From Nibricoccus sp. (lineage in GTDB: Bacteria > Verrucomicrobiota > Verrucomicrobiia > Opitutales > Opitutaceae): DNA of 64,000 nucleotides. Numbering within the stretch: position 1 is the first letter of the stretch; each line of letters opens with the position of its first letter. Both the position numbers and the translations under genes were made by a program. The notes beneath the pieces are model-generated. The model was not told where the DNA came from, did not search any database, and saw only the letters and a list, made by a program, of their open reading frames with translations. Shown here one piece after another: positions 20,334 to 31,228 of the stretch. Location: NCBI GenBank assembly GCA_047602425.1, contig JASGHG010000001.1, positions 4,960,001 through 5,024,000 on the forward strand, read 5' to 3'.

Positions 20334-22574
20334 ATGAAACTTCGCGAACGTCTTCTCGCTCACCTGCAACAGCCCGGTTATTCTCCGGTCAACGCTGTCG
20401 ATCTTGGACGGCAGCTCGGCTTGAAGAAAAGCGAGCGCAAGTCCCTCGCGCATGAGGTGCGGCTGCTGCTTTCGAAAGGTGAACTCCGCCTGGTCAAAGG
20501 CGACCGTCTCGCACTTCCTGCGGAACTGGATGAGCTCGTCGGCAAGATTATGTTCCGCCAAGGCGGTTCCGCGTATTTCCAGCCCGACACCGAACTGGGC
20601 GAAAGCGTCGATCCGATCCAAATCTCTCCCGAAGATACCGGCGTCGCTCTCCATGGCGACCGCGTCGCCGTGGCCGTCAATGCGGCGCTCCAGCGTCGCC
20701 GCGACGGTTATGGTACCGAGCAAACCGGCCGCGTTATTCGCGTGATTTCGCGTGCGCGCGACACGGTTGTCGGCACGCTCCAAAAAATCCGCAGTTCTCA
20801 TTACGTGCGGCCCGACGATCCGCGTTTCTTCCAGGAAATCGTCGTGCCCGATCCGGCGACCGGCGTGGTAAAACCCTCTCCTACCGTCGGCGACAAGGTC
20901 GTGGTTAAACTTTCCGAATGGAAAACGCGCAACAAACCGCTCGAAGGCCAGATCGTCGAAAAACTTGGCCGCACCTTCGAACCCTGTGCCGAACTGGCCG
21001 GTATCTACCATAAGTACAACCTCGACAAAAACTTCCCGGCCGCAGTCGAGCGCGAGGTCGCTGCGTTTGCCGATCATGTGCGCCCCGGCGAATTGGTGGG
21101 CCGTCTCGACTACCGCGAGATACCGACGTTCACGATCGATCCGGACGATGCGAAGGATTTCGACGATGCACTTTCGCTCGAGACGCTCGACGGCGGCGAC
21201 GTTCGCGTCGGCGTGCACATTGCCGATGTCAGTGCCTACGTGAAAACCGGCACCGCCCTCGATCGCGAGGCCCATGATCGCGGCAATTCCACCTACCTCG
21301 TCGGTACCGTCGTACCGATGCTGCCGGAAAAACTTTCCAACGGTCTTTGCTCGCTCGTCGAAGCTCAGGACAGGTTGTGCAAGGCTGTCTTCCTCGTCTT
21401 CGACAAAAAATCTCGCCTGAAGGAAACGACCTTCGCCAATACCGTCATTCGCAGTCGCAAACGCCTCACCTATCGCCAGGCCTACGCACTGCTTTTCGAA
21501 AACAACCTCGAAAAAATTCGCGCGTTGCCGTTGCCGCCGAAACATCAGACCGGTTCCACCGGCCGCGCGCTCAGCTCGCTAACCGATCTCGAACTCGTCG
21601 ACCTGCAAAGCTGGATCCGAAAACTCTGGGCCATCGCCAGCCGTATGCGTGCCGACCGCATGCATCATGGCAGCCTCGATCTCGACATGCCGGAGACGAA
21701 AATCTTCGTCGATGAGGAAGGTTATGCTGACCGCCTGGAGAAGATCGTCAACGACGAGAGTCACCAGCTGATCGAGGAATTCATGCTTGCGGCCAACGAA
21801 GCCCTCGCCCGCCTTACGCGCACAAACCAGTTGCCATCGATCTATCGCGTACACGACGAACCCGACAAGGACCGTCTCAACGAATTTCGGCAGCTGCTTT
21901 CCAGTTTTGACATTCAAGTCGGCGATCTCACCGTGCGCGAGGAGATGGTTCGGTTGATTGAAATTCTCGATAAACATCCCCAGGGTTACACGTTGCGAAC
22001 GCAACTCCTCCGCAGTCTGCGCAAGGCCTGTTATCGCGGTACGCCGGACGGGCATTACGGCCTGCACAAAAAAGATTACACGCACTTCACCTCCCCCATC
22101 CGGCGCTACGCCGATCTCATCGTGCATCGCGTGCTCGATTATTATCTGATCAAACACGCCGGGCATCCCGCACCTTCGGGCTACCGCTTCGAATACTCGG
22201 CGGGGCGCATGGACACCCTCGGCGAACACCTGAGCCTGACCGAGGTCAACAGCGCCGAGGCCGAACGCGAAAGCGTTAAGATCAAGCTCGTGGAATTCTT
22301 CGAGCGCGAAGTCTCGAAGAAACAAAAGACGCGCTTCGAAGCGGTGGTCACCGATGTGCGTTCCGGCGGCTTCTTTGTCGAGTTGGTCGAGTCGATGACA
22401 TTTGGTTATGTCTCGGCCAATGCTCTTGTTGACGACCACTACACGATGAACAACGCCGGCACCGCGCTCATCGGTCGTCGCCACAAGAAACGCTACGAAC
22501 TCAATGGCCGCATCTCCGTCGTCGTCGATAAGGTCGATCGTTTCAAACGCCTGATCGATTTTCGTCCGGCTTGA
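20334..22574 (+). CDS. rnr: Ribonuclease R (RNB family)
   Basis: TIDPDDAKDFDDALS, LIEEFMLAAN, YTHFTSPIRRYADLIVHR, C-terminal S1 domain. Confidence 0.93.
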   Translation: MKLRERLLAHLQQPGYSPVNAVDLGRQLGLKKSERKSLAHEVRLLLSKGELRLVKGDRLALPAELDELVGKIMFRQGGSAYFQPDTELGESVDPIQISPEDTGVALHGDRVAVAVNAALQRRRDGYGTEQTGRVIRVISRARDTVVGTLQKIRSSHYVRPDDPRFFQEIVVPDPATGVVKPSPTVGDKVVVKLSEWKTRNKPLEGQIVEKLGRTFEPCAELAGIYHKYNLDKNFPAAVEREVAAFADHVRPGELVGRLDYREIPTFTIDPDDAKDFDDALSLETLDGGDVRVGVHIADVSAYVKTGTALDREAHDRGNSTYLVGTVVPMLPEKLSNGLCSLVEAQDRLCKAVFLVFDKKSRLKETTFANTVIRSRKRLTYRQAYALLFENNLEKIRALPLPPKHQTGSTGRALSSLTDLELVDLQSWIRKLWAIASRMRADRMHHGSLDLDMPETKIFVDEEGYADRLEKIVNDESHQLIEEFMLAANEALARLTRTNQLPSIYRVHDEPDKDRLNEFRQLLSSFDIQVGDLTVREEMVRLIEILDKHPQGYTLRTQLLRSLRKACYRGTPDGHYGLHKKDYTHFTSPIRRYADLIVHRVLDYYLIKHAGHPAPSGYRFEYSAGRMDTLGEHLSLTEVNSAEAERESVKIKLVEFFEREVSKKQKTRFEAVVTDVRSGGFFVELVESMTFGYVSANALVDDHYTMNNAGTALIGRRHKKRYELNGRISVVVDKVDRFKRLIDFRPA

Positions 22575-23196
22575 GGACGCGGGCGCTTTCGACTTTCGCC
22601 GCTTTCGGAGAATTTGTCGGTATCGTATAGTTTTTTATTCCCAGTTGCTCAAACTGCGGGATGACGTGCGTCTGGTAACAGTCCGGACAGATTGAATGGC
22701 TGAAGCCGGCACCCGTGCGCTCCGCAATGTAGCTCTCGATGCGCTGCCAATAGTTTTGGTCATCGCGTATGTTTTTGCAGTAACTACAGATCGGGATGAG
22801 GGCCTCGAGTTTTTGGATCTGGGTGGTGTATTGGAGAATACGCTCGGCCACGTGGAGACGCATTTTCAGTTCCTCGACGTCGACCGGCTTGGAAAGAAAA
22901 TCGTCGACCCCGGCTTCCATGGCGTTGTCGCGGTTGGCGCTCGTCGCCTCGGCGCCGGTGAGTAAGATAAAATAAATGTAGTCGCCCGGCCGGAAACGTA
23001 CGCGACGGCACAAGTCCAGACCATCGACTTTGGGCATACTCCAGTCGCAGACCACCACGCGGCAGCCGCTCTCGTGCAATTGATCCCAAGCCTCCGCGCC
23101 ATTAGAGGCCGTGATCACTTCATGGCCGAGCATAAGGAGCGCATCCTCGAGAATAGCCAGGGCAACCGGGTCGTCTTCCACTGCGATTATCTTCAT
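22543..23196 (-). CDS. Response regulator (REC plus C-terminal Cys-rich domain)
   Basis: EDD, CDWSMP, FLSKP; tail ICSYCKNIRDDQNYW...SHSICPDC. Its 3' end overlaps the 3' end of rnr. Confidence 0.88.
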   Translation of the reverse strand: MKIIAVEDDPVALAILEDALLMLGHEVITASNGAEAWDQLHESGCRVVVCDWSMPKVDGLDLCRRVRFRPGDYIYFILLTGAEATSANRDNAMEAGVDDFLSKPVDVEELKMRLHVAERILQYTTQIQKLEALIPICSYCKNIRDDQNYWQRIESYIAERTGAGFSHSICPDCYQTHVIPQFEQLGIKNYTIPTNSPKAAKVESARVLKPDENRSGV

Positions 23197-23376
23197 GTTT
23201 TCAGTTCTACCCTGCTACTATCGACCCATCCAAAACACAGTTAAGCGCATCCCTCAAAGGGAACCGCCTTCACAACCCTAATCCTCAGCCCAACCGCAAC
23301 ATCAACGACTGGCAAAATCTCCGTTTGCCTTTACCGTCATTCCTGAATTCTTAATTTTCTTTCTTCTCGGAGCATT

Positions 23377-23934
23377 ATGAAACATTACGACTTTCAGAAA
23401 AACTTTCGCGCCCTCTACGACAAAACAGTTGAACTCTACGCCAAGGGTCAACGCGACCCAGCCGCCTGCTTCACCTCCGACGAAAAAGCCTTCCTCGCCG
23501 AAAACGGGCTCACCCCGCAGGCCATGTTCGACTACGCAGAGGACCACAATAAATACGGTGAACCCGGCCTCGATTTCGCCCTCGGCATCGAGACTATCCG
23601 CCGCGATTATTTCCTGCTGGAACAACTGGGTATGCCTTCGACCGTCTTGCTCGACGAAACAAAATTACCCGCCAAGACCGAGTCCATCCGTGGCGTCGAA
23701 TGGCTTCCCCGGATTATTCCCAAGGCCAAAGCCAAGCTGCGCGGCGAACTTCCGTCCTCGCTGATGTACTGTTGCGGCGGTGATCGGAAATTCCTCAAGG
23801 CGAACGATATCAATCCCGTTGAATTTCTCGGCGTTATCCGGCAGTTCGAGAAAAACGATTCCGCCATCATTGATTGGGTCGTGCGTCGAAGCGCCACCGG
23901 CAAAGCCGCGCCCCGACCCAATTGGGATCGCTAA
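23377..23934 (+). CDS. DUF5069-like protein
   Basis: GVEWLPRIIPKAKAKLRGELPSSLMYCCGGDRKFL resembles the DUF5069 signature. Confidence 0.7.
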   Translation: MKHYDFQKNFRALYDKTVELYAKGQRDPAACFTSDEKAFLAENGLTPQAMFDYAEDHNKYGEPGLDFALGIETIRRDYFLLEQLGMPSTVLLDETKLPAKTESIRGVEWLPRIIPKAKAKLRGELPSSLMYCCGGDRKFLKANDINPVEFLGVIRQFEKNDSAIIDWVVRRSATGKAAPRPNWDR

Positions 23935-23977
23935 ACAGACCGCCGCAGGCCCCCGACGACAGGTCGTAAGTCGTACG

Positions 23978-25516
23978 CTAAAAAGCCTTTCTCGAGCCTA
24001 CTGCGCGCAGATCGAGCACCACGTCGTAGATACCGGGTGGCGGAGGCTTCTCGCCCGACACCATGTGATCAAGCGACTTCACCGTTGGCGTTCCCGGACG
24101 GGCTTCCATGAAAAGCAACTTCATCATTTCCTTCGGCACCCAGTCTGAATCCGTCGACAACGAACCGAACTCGTCGCTGTACAACAAGTGAGCCGGCGCG
24201 ATCTCCGGCGTTGGCGTTATCACATAGACCTTTTGGTCCCGGGTCACATCCAGCTTCTTCATTTCCGAGCGGATCATTTCAAGCTCTTCGTGCTGCGGCA
24301 CGGCAATCAACTCGTACGCTTGTCTGCGTGCCAACAGAGCCGCCAGCACCACGACGATCACGCTCAGCATACCGCGCGCTCGTTTCACGATTGGAAAGTT
24401 CTCTGCCACCATCCCCATTGAAGCGGCCACATATACTAGGATAACCCCCGCAAGTGGATAGATTGTCCGGTAGCTGGCCCAGCGTTCCGAAACCATCAGG
24501 TTGATACCATGCGATCCGATCAAAAGGAACACCAGTCCGACGAACCAAACCAAACCTTCCCGCCAACCACGACGCCGGAAAACCAGAAGGCCTCCGATCC
24601 CGATCAGTACCGAGGTGGCGGTGACCGCGAGCCCGTACCAAGGCTGGGTGCGACCTTGAAAATCGTTGAGTACCAGCAAGGCCAAGCCATTGGGCAGCGA
24701 ATTTTTCGCGAACCAGAGCAATTTGCCCAGCGGATCGTGCTCGAATGCCACCCGCTTTGACATCGGCAGCCATTCCAACGCGAACGCCCCCCGAATCAAC
24801 GCGTAGGCCGTCAGCATACCCGCACCCAGCAAAAACAAATGTTGAATCAAGCGATAACGCGGCGCCGGTTGCAGCACCTCGCCGCGACGAACCACTTTCA
24901 CTGCTACAAACACCAGGTAGAAAAGTCCGTTTGGCTGATAGACCCACGCGCTCGCAATCACCAGGAGGCCTGCCAGCAGGCAAAGCCAGAATTGTTTCCA
25001 GGAAAGTCCCTCCGACGCCCTGAACCCGTTTTCCGCCACGACGAAAGCCGTCAGCGACAGTAAAGCGGAGATAAGATACGGCCAGACGATTGCCCAACCA
25101 GCCACCACCTGCACCGAAGGCAAGACGGTCAAAATTGCGCCCACACACGCGGCAGTCAGCAGCGACCAGCGATGCAATCTCACCAACACTTGGAAAACAC
25201 ACGCGCCCAGCACACCGGTAAAAAACGACCCCAGCAGACGGGGCCAGGCCAGATCGCTTATCGTCCTCAGCGGCATGAACGTCGCCTGCTGCAACCAGCC
25301 AAATATGGGGCGCGCGTGCGATCCGCAAAATTGCTCGATCATCCGCGGTTCCTGCTGCGCTTCCCGCAAAACGCCGTAATCGTCTCGCAATCCAAACTCC
25401 GCCCAGGTGGTGTTCCAATAAAGGCACACGGGGAACAATATCAAAGCAATAGAGCCAAGCCACAACCATCCGCGCAACGGTAGGCCAACGCCTAGAATGG
25501 TTTTCGTTTTATGCAT
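23978..25516 (-). CDS. Polytopic membrane glycosyltransferase-like protein (GtrII/GT-C type)
   Basis: DDY acidic motif after TM1, ARP motif, YQ motif, about 11 hydrophobic segments. Confidence 0.65.
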   Translation of the reverse strand: MHKTKTILGVGLPLRGWLWLGSIALILFPVCLYWNTTWAEFGLRDDYGVLREAQQEPRMIEQFCGSHARPIFGWLQQATFMPLRTISDLAWPRLLGSFFTGVLGACVFQVLVRLHRWSLLTAACVGAILTVLPSVQVVAGWAIVWPYLISALLSLTAFVVAENGFRASEGLSWKQFWLCLLAGLLVIASAWVYQPNGLFYLVFVAVKVVRRGEVLQPAPRYRLIQHLFLLGAGMLTAYALIRGAFALEWLPMSKRVAFEHDPLGKLLWFAKNSLPNGLALLVLNDFQGRTQPWYGLAVTATSVLIGIGGLLVFRRRGWREGLVWFVGLVFLLIGSHGINLMVSERWASYRTIYPLAGVILVYVAASMGMVAENFPIVKRARGMLSVIVVVLAALLARRQAYELIAVPQHEELEMIRSEMKKLDVTRDQKVYVITPTPEIAPAHLLYSDEFGSLSTDSDWVPKEMMKLLFMEARPGTPTVKSLDHMVSGEKPPPPGIYDVVLDLRAVGSRKAF

Positions 25517-25708
25517 CGTGCGCGGAAATGAATTCGTGATTTCAAATCGCACTGGCTCTCCGACAATCATCAAGAATATTCATACTTCGCGTTGCGCACT
25601 TCGTTGCCGACAGCCTTGGATTTGTGTTGCTGACAGGCCGGACATTTCGACTACAACCATGGCGAAGCATCCATCAAAACCTCACACCGGACTGAACTCT
25701 TCCCCAAC

Positions 25709-26137
25709 ATGACCCTGAAAGTTAAGCGCCTCGATCCCGCCGCGAAATTGCCCGTACGCACCACCAGCGGAGCCAGTTGTTTCGATATTCACGCGTTGGA
25801 AGGCGGCACGATCCCGGCCAAATCCCGCGGTTTCATTCGCACCGGCATCGCCGTCGCGGTCGAAAAAGGTTTTGAGGTGCAAGTTCGTTCACGCAGCGGA
25901 CTCGCGTTGAAACAAGGAATTTTCGTGCTCAATTCGCCCGGCACCGTCGACTCCGACTACCGCGGCGAAGTCGGCATCATTTTAATGAATCTCGGTGACG
26001 ACATTTTCACTTACAAAGCCGGTGATCGCATTGCACAACTCGGCGTTTATCCCGTGGTCATGTGCGACGCGCAACTCGTCGATTCGCTTGACGATACCGC
26101 GCGGAGCGCCGGCGGTTTCGGTAGCACTGGCCGTTAA
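25709..26137 (+). CDS. dut: dUTP diphosphatase
   Basis: RSRSGLA, NSPGTVDSDYRGEV, GDRIAQL, RSAGGFGSTG. Confidence 0.96.
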   Translation: MTLKVKRLDPAAKLPVRTTSGASCFDIHALEGGTIPAKSRGFIRTGIAVAVEKGFEVQVRSRSGLALKQGIFVLNSPGTVDSDYRGEVGIILMNLGDDIFTYKAGDRIAQLGVYPVVMCDAQLVDSLDDTARSAGGFGSTGR

Positions 26138-26205
26138 GTTGCTTTTCGCGGCGGCGCGCGTTTCCATTCGCCGCGCGTGATTTTTCGCCCCAGCCTCGTC
26201 TCCAC

Positions 26206-26799
26206 GTGCTTGCCATTCTAAAAATCGTCGGAATCGCCGCGGTCATGTTTGCCGCAACCAACGCGGACGATCTGGTGCTGCTCACGCTTTTTTTTACGCA
26301 AGCCGGTTGCTCCCCACGCCAGATTGTTTTCGGGCAGCTGATCGGAATCGGAGCGCTTGTCGCAATCAGCCTCGTTGCCGCCGCGCTGGCTTTAGCGGTG
26401 CCACATGGTTGGCTGCCCTGGCTCGGAGTCATCCCCATCTTGATTGGACTGCAATGGCTGCGTCGTCCCGCTCACAGTGACGATCAGTCGGCACCGGTCG
26501 CCCTGCGTTGGTGGAGCATCGCCGGAATCACCATCGCCAATGGCGCCGATAATCTTGGGGTTTATACTCCGCAGTTTGCGATCCAGTCAGCTTTCGAAAA
26601 AACAATCACCATCGCGTCGTTTTTCGTGCTCACACTTGTCTGGTGCGGTCTCGCGTGGCTGGCGGTGCGTCATCCGTCGCTCAATCCTGTCATCAGCCGC
26701 GTGTGCCGCAAAGCCGCGCCTTGGGTCCTGATCGGCCTCGGCTTATGGATCATGGCGCAACATCCAATCTTTGGCCTTATTTCCGCCAGCGCGGCGTAG
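26206..26799 (+). CDS. CadD family cadmium-resistance transporter
   Basis: FAATNADDL and ITIANGADNLGVY motifs; hydrophobic throughout. Confidence 0.85.
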   Translation: MLAILKIVGIAAVMFAATNADDLVLLTLFFTQAGCSPRQIVFGQLIGIGALVAISLVAAALALAVPHGWLPWLGVIPILIGLQWLRRPAHSDDQSAPVALRWWSIAGITIANGADNLGVYTPQFAIQSAFEKTITIASFFVLTLVWCGLAWLAVRHPSLNPVISRVCRKAAPWVLIGLGLWIMAQHPIFGLISASAA

Positions 26800-27002
26800 A
26801 CGTTTCTGCCGGTCTTTATTTCACGGTATTTCACAGTGCGATCTTGCCGGAATACGCCCACAATATCATGTAGGTTTCCGTCGTCTTCACTTGCCGCGGT
26901 GCGTTCGTTGTGAAGATTTATCTCTGTAATTTTGCTTTTCGCGAAACCTGTCTGTCACCTTGCCGTCATTCCGGCACACCCGTTCAATCGCCTCCCCTTC
27001 CC

Positions 27003-28742
27003 ATGAAATTACGTCAAAGCAGTTCTTATTTCATCGCAGCTCTCGCCGCTCTGCTCGTTTCCGGCCCGGTTCTTTTTGCGCAGGGTTATCCCAAAGTGGA
27101 TCCCGCGATACAACGTGAAGCCAATGAACGAAAAGACGCGGCTGATCGTCGTTCCGACGAGCTCTTCGCAAAGGCGTTGCCTGAGATCGCGGCCGCCAAA
27201 GACAAACCGTACATCCCAAATGCGGGCCAGAAATCCTACGAGATTCTCGACACAGGCTCGGCGGAGGAAATCGAAGCATGGGTCAACCGCGACAAGAGCA
27301 ACCTCGCCGGCACGGTCCACGAAGAATTGCCGCAGGCCAAAATCCCCGCGTTCCCTGGTGCGGAAGGTGGCGGCAAATATTCTTTCGGCGGTCGCGGCGG
27401 AAAGATTCTCGTCGTCACGAACCTCAATGACGCCGGCCCGGGCAGTTTTCGCGAAGCCTGTGAAACGACAGGTCCGCGCATAATCGTTTTCAATGTTTCC
27501 GGTATTATTCGGTTGAAGGACCGCATTCGTGTCCGCGCGCCCTATATCACCATTGCGGGCAATACCGCACCTGGCGATGGCGTTTGCATCGCGGGCAATA
27601 CCGTCGAACTCGAAACCCACGACATCGTCATTCGCTACATGCGTTTTCGCCGTGGTGCGCTCGACGCCGCCGACCGCAACGACTCCTTTGGAGGAAATCC
27701 CGTTGGCAATCTGATCATTGACCATGTCTCCGCCTCTTGGGGCCTCGACGAAAACATGTCGATGTACCGCCACATGTACAAACCCGGCAATGGCGGCAAA
27801 GAGCTCAAGCTTCCCACGGTCAACATCACGATTCAAAACTCCATTTTCTCCGAGGCGCTCAACACTTATCACCACGCGTTTGGTTCGACCATCGGGGGCA
27901 TGAACAGCACCTTCCACCACAATCTCTGGGCCTGCAACACCGGCCGCAATCCCAGCGTCGGCATGTACGGCGACTTCACTTTCGCCAACAATGTTCTCTT
28001 CAACTATCGCCATCGCACCATCGACGGCGGAGACCACCGCAGTTTCTACAACATTATCAACAACTACTTCAAACCGGGTCCCGGCACGCCCGACGAAGCC
28101 GTCGCCCATCGCCTCCTCAAGCCCGAGAGCGAGCGTAGCAAGACCGCTGTCGACCACTTCGGCAAAGCCTACGTGAATGGCAACATTGTCGAAGGGAACG
28201 AACAAGTCACCAAGGACAATTGGAACGGCGGCGTCCAGCCCGGCTCCCACGCCCCTGTCGCGCAGGTTTTGCCAAAAATTCGCGTAAACGAACCCTTCAA
28301 ACACGCTCCCATCACCATCGAGCCCGCCCGTGACGCTTACGAACATGTTCTGGCCAATGTCGGCGCCACGCTTCCGAAACGTGACGCCGTGGACCAACGC
28401 GTTGTTGAGATGGTCCGTACCGGCAAAGTCACCGCGACCAAGATCAATCCCGAGTCCAAGCAGCGCGCCGCTGCCGTCAACTACGCCCAAAAATGGATTG
28501 ATGAACTCGAGGAACTTGTGACCAAGGGCTTCATCACCGATCCATCGGAGGTTGGCGGTTATCCAAAGTACGAAGGCACTCCCTACAAGGATTCCGATGG
28601 CGACGGCCTGCCTGACGATTGGGAAACTAAATTTGGTCTGGATCCAAAAAACCCTGCCGACGCGTCAGCCGATCTGAACGCCGACGGCTACACCAACATC
28701 GAGGAATTCATCAACGGCCGCGACCCTCGCGCAAAAAACTAA
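27003..28742 (+). CDS. Pectate lyase, PL1 family, secreted
   Basis: AFPGAEGGG, GGRGG, TIAGNTAPGDG, IIDHVSASWGLDE, GRNP; C-terminal DSDGDGLPDDWE Ca-binding repeat. Confidence 0.9.
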   Translation: MKLRQSSSYFIAALAALLVSGPVLFAQGYPKVDPAIQREANERKDAADRRSDELFAKALPEIAAAKDKPYIPNAGQKSYEILDTGSAEEIEAWVNRDKSNLAGTVHEELPQAKIPAFPGAEGGGKYSFGGRGGKILVVTNLNDAGPGSFREACETTGPRIIVFNVSGIIRLKDRIRVRAPYITIAGNTAPGDGVCIAGNTVELETHDIVIRYMRFRRGALDAADRNDSFGGNPVGNLIIDHVSASWGLDENMSMYRHMYKPGNGGKELKLPTVNITIQNSIFSEALNTYHHAFGSTIGGMNSTFHHNLWACNTGRNPSVGMYGDFTFANNVLFNYRHRTIDGGDHRSFYNIINNYFKPGPGTPDEAVAHRLLKPESERSKTAVDHFGKAYVNGNIVEGNEQVTKDNWNGGVQPGSHAPVAQVLPKIRVNEPFKHAPITIEPARDAYEHVLANVGATLPKRDAVDQRVVEMVRTGKVTATKINPESKQRAAAVNYAQKWIDELEELVTKGFITDPSEVGGYPKYEGTPYKDSDGDGLPDDWETKFGLDPKNPADASADLNADGYTNIEEFINGRDPRAKN

Positions 28743-28770
28743 GCGCACTCGCATCAGCACAATTTTTCCG

Positions 28771-28797
28771 GGCCTGACGTTCGCGTCAGGCCTTTTT
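28771..28797 (+). terminator. Intrinsic terminator between the pectate lyase and ccoI
   Basis: GGCCTGACG-TTCG-CGTCAGGCC-TTTTT; overlaps the ccoI stop codon. Confidence 0.8.
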
Positions 28798-31227
28798 CGT
28801 TTTCGCCCCGCGCATCCCCTGTCCCACGATCGCAATCGAGAGCAGCGAACTCAATGGCATCAAAATCGCGGCGATTAAAGGATTCATCCTGTCCGCCACG
28901 GCCAGTCCCACGGCGAAAAGATTATAACCAATTGAAAACACCAAAAGCCAGCGATGGGTGCGACGTCTCGCGTCGTTTACCTCGAAAAGAGCGCGAATCC
29001 CTGCGATGCCCCGGCCTAGATAATAGAAATCCGCCTTCTGGGCCAGCAGGCCGCGATGAATCACCGGCGTGCCCCGGCAAAGCGCCTCGTCGAAGGCAAG
29101 ACTGTCGTTCGCTCCGTCGCCCAACATGAGGGTTTCCGGCGCACCATGGCGCGCCAGCCAGTCCGCCTTGTCGTGGGGAGACAATTCGGCCCGGCCCTGT
29201 TCCGAGGCTAGCCCGAGTTCGGCCATCAACGTATCCACTTTTTCCCGACGATCGCCGCTTAAAATCAAAACCTCCAAACCGCGCATCCGGAGCGCCGCGA
29301 CCTCCGCTCGTGCGTCGGGCCTTGCCCGCTCAGCGAAATCGAAACTGGCGCACAAAACCCCATCGCGACACAACTCTGCGCCCGTTCCAGATGAAGCTGT
29401 TTCGCCTTGGTTAATCGATACTTCGGACCCTTTGCCACGTAATGCGTGACAATCTTTTGCCCCGCGCCATCCCGGTCGTCCGAGCGACCAAACGTGACCA
29501 CCGGCCTGGAGTGACACGCCGAATCCAACTTCCTCGACGACGTCTCCTTGCAACGGCACCGAACCACCTTCGGCAAGCAACAGCTCATGCAAACAGCGGC
29601 CCACGGGATGCAAATTGTCTTGAACGAGCGCGAACAAAGCGGCGCGCGCGTCGTCGTCCAATTTCTGGAGCGACACAGGATCGATAAGTTCGGGGGTTTC
29701 CAACGTCAGTGTGCCCGTTTTGTCGAAGATAAGTTTGCGGACTTGCTGCAGGCGCGGCCAAAGATCGGCCTGCCGTACAAACACGCCGCGTTTTCGCAGC
29801 AACGCCGTCGCGATTTCGTCGGCCAGCGGAAATGCCAGCCCAATGGCACAGGGACAGGAAACGACGAGGATCGCCGTCACAATCGCACCGGTGCGCCTCG
29901 CATTATGGGTCACCAGTCCCCAACCTATCGCCGAACCTATCGCTATAACCATTACAGCAATCAGATAGCCACGAATCACGTTTTCCAGAAGCCGCTGGCG
30001 ATATGCCCCCCGCGCCACCGGCTTAAAAAGTTCCGCGAGTAAAGATTGCCCCCACGCCTGCGTAGCGACGAGGCGGATTTCATTTTGCGAAACGTTGGTC
30101 GCTCCCGCCGGCACCCGCTGTCCGGCGCGAAATACGCGAGGCGCCGACTCGCCATTGATCCAGGCGAGGCTGAGCGTCACTTCGGCCGTTTCCAATTTCG
30201 CCTCCACCGGAACGGTCTGTCCCGCTCCTACTGCAAATCGCTGGCCAGCCTGCAATGACTCGGGCGGAATGTCTTTTTCGGCTCCGGCGGCGTCCCAAAT
30301 CCGCACGCGTGGCGGCGTAGGTTGCTGCGCGAGCAAGCGGCGTTGATTGCGCTCCACGGCGGCCTGTTGCGCCCAGCGCCCAACCAGCATCAGCAACACA
30401 AACGTTGCGACGAAATCGAAATACATGAACGGCTCCGCATTGACCAACCAGCCGTAGAGAGAACCTGAATACGCGCCCACAATGCCGAGGGCGATGGGCA
30501 GATCGATGTTCATCGCGCCTTCGCGAAGGCTTCGCAGCGCACGGCCGATAAAATACCCGCCGCCCGCGAGCAGGCTGAGCGTGGCAAAACCCATCGAAAG
30601 CGTGCTGAACAACCGCGCGTATTGGTACGACGGCTCCATCCCAAAATAGACTGGCAGCGTGAACAGCATCACGTTCATCGCGAAGGCCGCGCAAAGTCCG
30701 ATACGTCGCAGCATCGCCCGGCTTTCCGGAGGCGCCGAGCGCTCGGCCGATGCTGGAGATACGAGATAGTTAAAGCTTTGCAGAGTCCGTGCAAAGGCGG
30801 GCGCGTCAAACTTGCCTGCCGCCCACGCCAGGCGCAGTTGTCCGGTCTGCGCGTTCACCTCGATCAGACCCGCGCCGGGTTGCTTGCGATGGAGTTTCTC
30901 GATCAGCCAGACACAACCCGCGCACGAAATCCCCTGCACATCGAGTCGAAGTTCGGCGGTTTTGTCTCCTGCACGCTGTTCGGCTTCGCTTTGCGCTTCC
31001 TTCAACCAGGCATAGTCGCGCGCCGGCATCAGCGCGGAATCCGCGGGCGCCGTGACTTCATCCTTGATGCGATAATACGATTCCAAGCCCGCCTCATGGA
31101 TCATTCGATAGACGTAGGCACAACCCGAGCAGCAGAACTCACCGTCCGGCGAGGGCACGCCACAGTGTTTGCAAACGGGCGCAGCCTGCTTCCTCGACGC
31201 TCGTGGTGTCTCGACAGGCGGATTCAT
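28786..31227 (-). CDS. ccoI: cbb3 assembly P1B-type copper ATPase
   Basis: CKHC...FCCSGC, CAGC, SCPCA, FDKTGT, LGDGANDS; lies in the cco operon. Confidence 0.9.
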   Translation of the reverse strand: MNPPVETPRASRKQAAPVCKHCGVPSPDGEFCCSGCAYVYRMIHEAGLESYYRIKDEVTAPADSALMPARDYAWLKEAQSEAEQRAGDKTAELRLDVQGISCAGCVWLIEKLHRKQPGAGLIEVNAQTGQLRLAWAAGKFDAPAFARTLQSFNYLVSPASAERSAPPESRAMLRRIGLCAAFAMNVMLFTLPVYFGMEPSYQYARLFSTLSMGFATLSLLAGGGYFIGRALRSLREGAMNIDLPIALGIVGAYSGSLYGWLVNAEPFMYFDFVATFVLLMLVGRWAQQAAVERNQRRLLAQQPTPPRVRIWDAAGAEKDIPPESLQAGQRFAVGAGQTVPVEAKLETAEVTLSLAWINGESAPRVFRAGQRVPAGATNVSQNEIRLVATQAWGQSLLAELFKPVARGAYRQRLLENVIRGYLIAVMVIAIGSAIGWGLVTHNARRTGAIVTAILVVSCPCAIGLAFPLADEIATALLRKRGVFVRQADLWPRLQQVRKLIFDKTGTLTLETPELIDPVSLQKLDDDARAALFALVQDNLHPVGRCLHELLLAEGGSVPLQGDVVEEVGFGVSLQAGGHVWSLGRPGWRGAKDCHALRGKGSEVSINQGETASSGTGAELCRDGVLCASFDFAERARPDARAEVAALRMRGLEVLILSGDRREKVDTLMAELGLASEQGRAELSPHDKADWLARHGAPETLMLGDGANDSLAFDEALCRGTPVIHRGLLAQKADFYYLGRGIAGIRALFEVNDARRRTHRWLLVFSIGYNLFAVGLAVADRMNPLIAAILMPLSSLLSIAIVGQGMRGAKTKKA

Positions 31228-31228
31228 G

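Noticed and set aside
23978..26137. GtrII-like gene plus dut as a prophage remnant
   Set aside because: No integrase, gtrAB or structural genes; dut appears to be the ordinary host copy.
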